A stretch of 32,874 nucleotides of DNA from a virus (Duplodnaviria; Caudoviricetes): IMG/VR virus record IMGVR_UViG_3300029142_000017, positions 1-32,874 of that record; one strand, given 5' to 3'. Positions within the stretch are counted from its first letter, which is position 1, and each line of letters starts with the position of its first letter. A program made the translations under genes and the position numbers. Positions 27,391-32,874 of this stretch are shown here, one piece after another. Under the pieces are notes generated by a model. It was given only the letters and a program-made list of their open reading frames with translations. It was not told where the DNA came from and made no database searches.

Positions 27391-27585
27391 ATGTCAACTA
27401 ACGCCCCTTTAACTGAACGTTTATTAGCCTTGCTAGGCAGTCGAAGATTCTACGCAGCAGTATTAGCTGTAGCCGTAGTCGCCGCAAACGAGGTTCTAGG
27501 TCTTGACGAAGAGCAAGTTAAGATGGTAATCACCACAGTATCCGCATGGATCATTGGTGATTCTGTAAACAAGACTGGAACATAG
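27391..27585 (+). CDS. Holin-like two-TM protein
   Basis: AAGGAG RBS before ATG 27391. SRRFYAAVLAVAVV and VITTVSAWIIGDS helices. Last gene of the late operon. Confidence 0.6.
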   Translation: MSTNAPLTERLLALLGSRRFYAAVLAVAVVAANEVLGLDEEQVKMVITTVSAWIIGDSVNKTGT

Positions 27586-27605
27586 TGCGTCTGTTTGGTT
27601 GGATT

Positions 27606-27659
27606 GCACTAGCCCGGTTCTTAGGTATTCAAGCTCCACCTCTGAATTCGGGCTAGTGC
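27606..27659. terminator. Strong inverted repeat between the convergent operons
   Basis: Perfect 11-bp stem GCACTAGCCCG/CGGGCTAGTGC. No clear U-tract on either side. Confidence 0.55.
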
Positions 27660-27672
27660 TCCGCCCAACGAT

Positions 27673-28062
27673 TCAATCCTGCATCACTGTTGTATAGATG
27701 TTTTGGACATCTACTTCCTTCTTGGTTTGTAGTATGTCTAAAGCATAATACTCCGTATCTTTGTCTTTCGGATACCAACCAAGGTGTAGAGAGCCTTCTT
27801 CAGCGTTATAGAAAAATCCAAATTTGCAGTTTGGAAAAGCTTCTACTCGCAATTCGTAAATATCTATATTCTGAAACAGCTTTTCGTTGTATTGCCAATC
27901 AAGTGGGTAGGCTATCATTCTTAAGCAATCAGCCTCTCCATCTTCTTCAACGATACATTCAACCTGATACCCAGACTCATCCCAAAGACCCTCACAGTTT
28001 CTTATGCTCCCTTTCAAAACTGTGAAGAGAATTTCTTTCTTCTCTTTTAGATTGTCTATCAT
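27673..28062 (-). CDS. Hypothetical protein
   Basis: 129-aa ORF abutting the upstream gene, with an AGGAG RBS. Confidence 0.65.
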   Translation of the reverse strand: MIDNLKEKKEILFTVLKGSIRNCEGLWDESGYQVECIVEEDGEADCLRMIAYPLDWQYNEKLFQNIDIYELRVEAFPNCKFGFFYNAEEGSLHLGWYPKDKDTEYYALDILQTKKEVDVQNIYTTVMQD

Positions 28063-28299
28063 CTAAGTTTCTTCTCCTTTTTCTATCTTAATGGCTAAAG
28101 CGGGTGATAGCTTTAGGACTTCTAGCGTACCGCTTTTTGAGAGAGAATCCATGTCTAAGATAATCCACTGATTTTCAAAAGCTGTGTGAACCAACTTGTT
28201 TAACCCCATCCAGCTTTCACTGATCTTAAAGTATCCACATCCAACGTTGTCGAGTACTAATTTATACTCAGTTGGTTTCTGGATTAGTTTCACTTTCAT
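28063..28299 (-). CDS. Hypothetical protein
   Basis: 78-aa ORF in a tightly packed minus-strand run. Confidence 0.6.
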   Translation of the reverse strand: MKVKLIQKPTEYKLVLDNVGCGYFKISESWMGLNKLVHTAFENQWIILDMDSLSKSGTLEVLKLSPALAIKIEKGEET

Positions 28300-28316
28300 T
28301 TTCTCAAGTCCTGTTT

Positions 28317-28694
28317 CTATGTAGAATACGCAACTACGGGTGTCGCTCGTTGCCTACATGTATGCCGACCTATTTGATAACTGCTGGGAACGATCGGCTT
28401 TTGTCCCTCGATAGAATGCCAAACCCATCTCACTTCACGCTCGACTCGACTACATATCCAACCTTTACTCGGGCACGCGTGTTTTCTCCAATTCTCTGCC
28501 ATTGCCATCGCAGCATCACGACTCACACACTCTGGAAACTGAAGTGTGTGTATCTTCGCCCAGTACGGGCAATCTTCAATGACTGTAACCAGATAGAACG
28601 GTTTCTTCCGCCATAATCTGCTGATGAACTCGAACATCTGCATAACAGTGCTCAACATGGTAAACCTCTCATCACCGATGTCACTTTCCATCAC
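28317..28694 (-). CDS. Hypothetical protein (start uncertain)
   Basis: Fills the gap in the minus-strand run; no recognisable motif. Confidence 0.45.
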   Translation of the reverse strand: MMESDIGDERFTMLSTVMQMFEFISRLWRKKPFYLVTVIEDCPYWAKIHTLQFPECVSRDAAMAMAENWRKHACPSKGWICSRVEREVRWVWHSIEGQKPIVPSSYQIGRHTCRQRATPVVAYST

Positions 28695-28715
28695 GCCGCC
28701 CGGTTATCCTTGACG

Positions 28716-28937
28716 TTATCGGGCTTCAGGGGTCACGACATCGTAAACCAACACCCGATCATCCTTGCGGTAGCAGATCGCCGCATATCCCGTTACAGGA
28801 TCGGTTTCCTCGAATCGCTCCGCACCCTTGATGAAATCGGCAACTTCATCCGGTGACATTCTTGCCTTGTCCAAATCGTCCTTGCTGAAAAACCCATCAA
28901 CCAACTCTTTTGGTGATTTGTACTCGCTGTCACTCAT
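28716..28937 (-). CDS. Hypothetical protein
   Basis: Likely start MSDSEY overlapping the csrA stop. Confidence 0.6.
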   Translation of the reverse strand: MSDSEYKSPKELVDGFFSKDDLDKARMSPDEVADFIKGAERFEETDPVTGYAAICYRKDDRVLVYDVVTPEAR

Positions 28938-29115
28938 CTCTGTCTGTTTCACTTTCCCTTCTTATTGCGTCGTATACTTCTTCCCGTAGAATTTTGACGT
29001 CTTCGCCCGCTTCAATTCCAAGACGCACTTTGTCTCCTCGAATCTCGATTGCGGTAATCCAGATATCATCACCGATTAGGATTCTCTCACCCTTCTTTCT
29101 TGACAATACCAACAT
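28930..29115 (-). CDS. csrA: Carbon storage regulator CsrA/RsmA homolog
   Basis: MLVLSRKKGERILIGDDI.I..IEIRGDKVRLGIEA..DVKILREEVY follows the CsrA consensus and retains the RNA-binding Arg of REE. Confidence 0.95.
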   Translation of the reverse strand: MLVLSRKKGERILIGDDIWITAIEIRGDKVRLGIEAGEDVKILREEVYDAIRRESETDRDE

Positions 29116-29332
29116 CTCGCTTCCTTTCTTTGAACTTATTCAGGTTATTTTCTAACCTATCCACACTTACTCTGTATGCTGAGTAGCTAACCATGAATTC
29201 AAACCAACGATCGAAATCAGTTAGAAAATTAGGGGCTAGATTACACAACTTCCAACGAAATTCAAGTCGTGGGTTCGCTACATCCATGTCCTTCGCAACT
29301 TCGATCCAGCTCTCGTTCTTGTCGACAATCAT
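29087..29332 (-). CDS. Hypothetical protein
   Basis: 81-aa ORF with an AAGGA RBS, overlapping its neighbours. Confidence 0.5.
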   Translation of the reverse strand: MIVDKNESWIEVAKDMDVANPRLEFRWKLCNLAPNFLTDFDRWFEFMVSYSAYRVSVDRLENNLNKFKERKRDVGIVKKEG

Positions 29333-29735
29333 TTGGTTCTTCCTTCAACTTCTTGTTCACTGCTTGAAGATCTTCGAACTGGAATATCACTTCTTGCGTC
29401 ATCGTTAGAACTCTAGCCCAGGATGACTTATAAAAGTCTATCCCTAAAGCTGTACACAATACCCTTTTATAAACTTCTGTAGCTCCTAAAGTTTCGGTAG
29501 CAATCTCTAAAGCGGTTTGCATGTCTTCAGAATTAGCCAGCTTGAATTTTAATTTTTTATTCTCTTGTCTTAGCTTAGTTATCGTTTGATATGATTCTTG
29601 AGCAGTTTCTGAAATAGCCTTACTGGTAATCTTCTCATCCCTGACTTCCTCTTCCAAGTCTTCAATCGTTTGTTCAAGAACTTCAAGACGTGCTTCGTAA
29701 CGATCAACTAGGTCTTTCTTTGTTTCTTTGGGCAT
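29262..29735 (-). CDS. Coiled-coil hypothetical protein
   Basis: Heptad-rich Glu/Lys helices, 157 aa. Confidence 0.65.
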   Translation of the reverse strand: MPKETKKDLVDRYEARLEVLEQTIEDLEEEVRDEKITSKAISETAQESYQTITKLRQENKKLKFKLANSEDMQTALEIATETLGATEVYKRVLCTALGIDFYKSSWARVLTMTQEVIFQFEDLQAVNKKLKEEPNDCRQERELDRSCEGHGCSEPTT

Positions 29736-29738
29736 AGC

Positions 29739-30056
29739 TCACTTCTTTCTTAAATAACATTGGCATCCCTCACAATGAGGAACTAGTATTGGGTTTGTTG
29801 TTTCCATCCCTGCAAGTAGTCGACACTTATTAGGGGTGTGTTCATGGAACGGGGTTTTCACCACATAGACATCTTCCTTTTCTTCGTCTCGCCTACTTCT
29901 AGGTTCTTTAATCATCTGATCTACAACTCTAGGGTTTGCACCCATTCGAATTAATACCATGATAACTTCTGTCGTGCTGCAACGATTGTTGCTCGCAATA
30001 CCAATCAAGCTTCTACCTGCTTTGTACTGCTTGAACATCTTGTCCGTGTCTGCCAT
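29739..30056 (-). CDS. Hypothetical protein (HTH-like N-terminus, Cys-rich C-terminus)
   Basis: YKAGRSLIGIA..CSTTEVI..L resembles an HTH. C-terminal HCEGCQC. Confidence 0.55.
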   Translation of the reverse strand: MADTDKMFKQYKAGRSLIGIASNNRCSTTEVIMVLIRMGANPRVVDQMIKEPRSRRDEEKEDVYVVKTPFHEHTPNKCRLLAGMETTNPILVPHCEGCQCYLRKK

Positions 30057-30074
30057 TCCTTTCTTCCTTGTTAA

Positions 30075-31817
30075 TTAGTCTCCTACATAAACCAACTTCT
30101 TCTTGGACCTAGACAGAGCTACATACCTAAGGTTGGATTCTTGTTTTTTCTGCCATGGCGTAGTTGCCATTGGGTGCGGTACTGTCGCTCCTTCTGGTTC
30201 GAGTAAGAATACGTTATCAGATTCCAACCCTTTAGCCTTATGTATAGACGAAAACACGACCCCTTGTGGAAGTACCAACTTTGGTCCAGTTTGATATCTT
30301 GGGTTTGATGGGTCTGGTTCGGTCTTACATATGGGGCAACGGGCTGTATCTTCGTTAAACCGTTTGTGACATTCGGGGCATTCCTTTCCGTTGAACACTA
30401 GGTTGATGTTGTCTATTACTTCTTCAACCTCATTGAACTCTTCACAAAACACCCTAATACAGTCTACCCGATCGCTGATCATCACGAGCTTAGAATCGCT
30501 AGGGTTCTTCTTTCGATACTCTTTCGATGTCTCTTTGTCTGCCCAATCATCTAGACGCTCTAGCAAGTCGTTAACGTCTTCTGCTTTAAGCTTCTTGATG
30601 AAGTTGATGAGTGATTGACCAAATGCCCGCCCGCGTATGACTGCCTTACGACCGAGACGCAAGAACCTCAAAGCTTGACTTACTAGTGGTGCGTTGACTC
30701 GACATAAGCATAGGTCACCATCTTCAACCAGATCGATGTACTTGCCTATAGTGGTGCGAACCACTTCTCCATCCTCATTGTCTTCATGGACTTCAAAGTC
30801 AGGTACGATCTTCTGGCATTCAGCTACGATCAGCTTACCACAGCGACGGGTTTGATTCAGATTAAGGGGTTCGTCTACTTTTAGTAGTTGTTCCATACGG
30901 GGTATTGAGTGTATGTCTGCTCCAGCGAATCCATAGATCGCTTGGTTAATATCACCGACACAAATCATACGGTTGGACATCTTCAATAGAAACTCTTGCT
31001 TGCAACGTGGGAGGTCTTGTGCTTCATCGACTAGAACTAGATCATGCTTGACCAATGACAGATTGTGAATCACTGGCAGCCAATTTTGGTCGTTGAAATC
31101 GATTTGGTGGTACTCATCAACTTTCATGCATTCGCTCAATATAGAACGAGTACAATCGTACGACCGTATCGGCTGTTCTGGGAAGAGATCATAATGGTTA
31201 CACAACCGCTGTAGCTCTTGATCCTCAATCGATTCTGGGTCATACTTCTCACCACGTTCCCAACCAAGTAGGGTGAGCTTGGCTAGGTCGATTAGCTTAC
31301 GGGTAACAGAAAGGAATTCATTCTCTGATTTGCGGGCTAGCCAGATGTCTTTCCCCAGGAACTGCTCTGCAATAAGGGTATCAACCCTATTATTGTCCAT
31401 ACTGAGCCGACCATACACGTTGTACAATGCTCGTGAACCCAGCGAATTGACGGTAGCAAAGATCAGTTCGGTATTTAAACAGTCATTCATCCAACCCCAA
31501 TCTTGGGTAAACTCCTGAACGATCGACTTGTTGAAAGCAGAATAGAGAACTGACTTAGGGTTCTTGGTTTCAGCCATTGCTGACCAAATAGCTCGTTGCT
31601 GCTCACTAGGTACAATTTCAGTACCAGGCTTCATACCCTTACGATCAACAATCTTCTCTTGAATCTCTTCCCAATCGTGACCGAACGCCCAACCAACACC
31701 AACGATTTGGGTGAATGTTTTTCCCGTTCCAGCCAATGCACGAACTACAACGTTATGTGCTTGTCCTTTCTTTGGTTTGTTCAGTTTCGCTTGTAACTTC
31801 TTGCTTGCCGTGGTCAT
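30075..31817 (-). CDS. SF1A UvrD/Rep-like helicase with an inserted zinc ribbon
   Basis: ALAGTGKT, AFN, VDEAQD, VGD.NQAIYGFAGA, SIHKAKGLE and YVALSR motifs. Insert CPEC..CPIC. Confidence 0.92.
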   Translation of the reverse strand: MTTASKKLQAKLNKPKKGQAHNVVVRALAGTGKTFTQIVGVGWAFGHDWEEIQEKIVDRKGMKPGTEIVPSEQQRAIWSAMAETKNPKSVLYSAFNKSIVQEFTQDWGWMNDCLNTELIFATVNSLGSRALYNVYGRLSMDNNRVDTLIAEQFLGKDIWLARKSENEFLSVTRKLIDLAKLTLLGWERGEKYDPESIEDQELQRLCNHYDLFPEQPIRSYDCTRSILSECMKVDEYHQIDFNDQNWLPVIHNLSLVKHDLVLVDEAQDLPRCKQEFLLKMSNRMICVGDINQAIYGFAGADIHSIPRMEQLLKVDEPLNLNQTRRCGKLIVAECQKIVPDFEVHEDNEDGEVVRTTIGKYIDLVEDGDLCLCRVNAPLVSQALRFLRLGRKAVIRGRAFGQSLINFIKKLKAEDVNDLLERLDDWADKETSKEYRKKNPSDSKLVMISDRVDCIRVFCEEFNEVEEVIDNINLVFNGKECPECHKRFNEDTARCPICKTEPDPSNPRYQTGPKLVLPQGVVFSSIHKAKGLESDNVFLLEPEGATVPHPMATTPWQKKQESNLRYVALSRSKKKLVYVGD

Positions 31818-31870
31818 CCTGAATGCTCCTTAGCTTCGGTTGTCGTAAATACCAGTCTCAACTAAGTCCC

Positions 31871-31899
31871 AATATAATAACTGATCGGGTAAAACACAA
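31871..31899 (-). promoter_or_regulatory. Sigma70-like promoter upstream of the helicase
   Basis: On the minus strand TTGTGT-N17-TATATT, with an AT-rich upstream region, just downstream of a terminator. Confidence 0.6.
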
Positions 31900-31928
31900 G
31901 CGGGCTTTTGAAGAAATTTGAAAACAGT

Positions 31929-31980
31929 AGAAAAAGGACCCTAGCTGCTGATTTTGGCATCGTTAAACAAACTAGGGTCC
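31929..31980 (-). terminator. Intrinsic terminator-like hairpin
   Basis: 9-bp stem GGACCCTAG/CTAGGGTCC (31936-31980) followed by TTTTTCT on the minus strand. The loop is large. Confidence 0.6.
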
Positions 31981-31992
31981 TAGGGGTCGTGC

Positions 31993-32020
31993 TTAGCACG
32001 TCATTCTAGTACCCTCCTTT
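31993..32020 (-). other. Strong SD plus minigene ATG ACG TGC TAA (Met-Thr-Cys)
   Basis: AAAGGAGG-GTACTAGA-ATGACGTGCTAA. Confidence 0.45.
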
Positions 32021-32036
32021 CTTCGTTATTTACGAG

Positions 32037-32208
32037 AACGCAGGGCAGGATTCGAACCTGCAAGTAGTTTAAACTATAGGGCTTTATAGGGATGCCCGTA
32101 CACGCCAGACCAACGCGACTTCTCTAATAAAAGAGTGTTCATTTAACGTCTGTCCTACAAGATTTCACACCTCGCATCTCTCGCGTTTACCAATTTCGCC
32201 ACCTGCGT
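32037..32208 (-). ncRNA. tRNA-like RNA (172 nt) with an ~80-nt insert in place of the anticodon loop
   Basis: Acceptor ACGCAGG/CCTGCGT, Leu-type D-arm GCG-AAATTGGTAAA-CGC, stem AGAGATGC/GCATCCCT around the insert, and canonical T-arm GCAGG-TTCGAAT-CCTGC. Confidence 0.75.
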
Positions 32209-32217
32209 TCGTATAGG

Positions 32218-32349
32218 GGTGTAGGGTAGGATTCGAACCTACAAGATGTCACACACCAGACGTCGAATCGTTTCTGGGATCATCTACCTATGGTAGCTTT
32301 CGCCATCATCATAGTGCAATGCTTCTGCTTCCGATTATGCGACCTACAC
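32218..32349 (-). ncRNA. tRNA-like RNA (132 nt) with a GAAA-capped anticodon arm and a long variable arm
   Basis: Acceptor GTGTAGG/CCTACAC, CTATG/CATAG stem enclosing TGGC-GAAA-GCTA, variable arm AGATG..CCAGA..TCTGG..CATCT, T-arm GTAGG-TTCGAAT-CCTAC. Confidence 0.75.
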
Positions 32350-32408
32350 CTAAGCTCTTCTCTGTTTGGTTGGTCTTTATCCGGACACCATACCCGGTCC
32401 AACCGATT

Positions 32409-32432
32409 TTACATTGTTCTAACCCCTCCTTT
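32409..32432 (-). other. Strong SD plus start-stop minigene ATG TAA
   Basis: AAAGGAGG-GGTTAGAACA-ATGTAA. Confidence 0.45.
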
Positions 32433-32463
32433 CATTGGGAGAACTCGCTATGAGTTATATTCA

Positions 32464-32769
32464 TTATACCAAATCAAATTCTAGTTCGCTGTAATGCACG
32501 TTGGTTAGTTTGAACTTACTATCAAGTGTTTCGGTCTCATCTAATAACTTAAACTCTTCTCCCAAGTATTGTTCTAACAATCTTTCATTCCACACATTTC
32601 CATTATTCGGTTTGCAAACTAGCCAACTCCTTCTTGGTTCTTCTGTAAACCACTTCATGTAAGGTTGGTTGTAAGAATAAGATAAACCTTGTGGATGTTG
32701 TTCTACATGTGCAACCCAATCCCCTGGTTGTATGACAAGATCACTATTAATGTGCTTTAGAATGATCAT
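32464..32769 (-). CDS. Hypothetical protein
   Basis: 101-aa ORF, ATGA-coupled to the upstream partial gene. Confidence 0.6.
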   Translation of the reverse strand: MIILKHINSDLVIQPGDWVAHVEQHPQGLSYSYNQPYMKWFTEEPRRSWLVCKPNNGNVWNERLLEQYLGEEFKLLDETETLDSKFKLTNVHYSELEFDLV

Positions 32770-32873
32770 TCTTCTTCGTCGCTCAAGTACTCGAACTCAA
32801 CTTCAAGAAGGTCAACACCGCCACAAGCGGGTAAGTCAATCATACCTTCTGCATCTTTAGACAGTTTCAAATC
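32766..32873 (-). CDS. Partial hypothetical protein (3' end only)
   Basis: Open frame DLKLSKDAEG...EYLSDEEE* from the window edge. Its TGA overlaps the next ATG. Confidence 0.5.
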   Translation of the reverse strand, partial: DLKLSKDAEGMIDLPACGGVDLLEVEFEYLSDEEE

Positions 32874-32874
32874 T

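Noticed and set aside
32037-32208. tmRNA or a group I intron-containing tRNA-Leu
   Set aside because: Too short for either. It has a D-stem, lacks the G3:U70 alanine identity pair, and shows no recognisable group I core.
1-32874. Genome-wide stop-codon reassignment
   Set aside because: TGA, TAG and TAA all end genes at tight junctions (for example ATGA overlaps), and coding density is high under the standard code.

Overview
A 32.9-kb piece of a tailed dsDNA phage. It looks like a siphovirus: there is a tail tube, a frameshifting tail chaperone pair and a tape measure gene, but no sheath. The host is plausibly a Planctomycete-like diderm; this is inferred from a CsrA homolog, a PEP-CTERM protein and Cys/Gly-rich secreted proteins. 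The + strand (1-27585) is a late operon. It runs from an encapsulin-like HK97-fold major capsid and head-completion genes through a ~17-kb cassette, then tail genes, a Cys-rich tail-tip candidate, a glycosyltransferase-like gene and holin-like genes. The cassette holds tailspike/fibre-like beta-helix proteins that unexpectedly carry Sec-type signal peptides, further exported proteins and a papain-like protease. The - strand (27673-32874) holds small early genes, csrA, an SF1 helicase and a structured ~530-nt non-coding region. Main candidate novelties: (1) exported tailspike-like proteins with Gln at +1; (2) a 24-aa in-frame extension behind the capsid TGA that matches the C-terminus of the head-closure protein (10/22 identical, ungapped), suggesting stop-codon readthrough that creates fibre docking sites; (3) three tRNA-shaped RNAs with no anticodon loop, two of them flanked by strong-SD minigenes. 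All protein calls come from motif recognition by eye; no searches were run.
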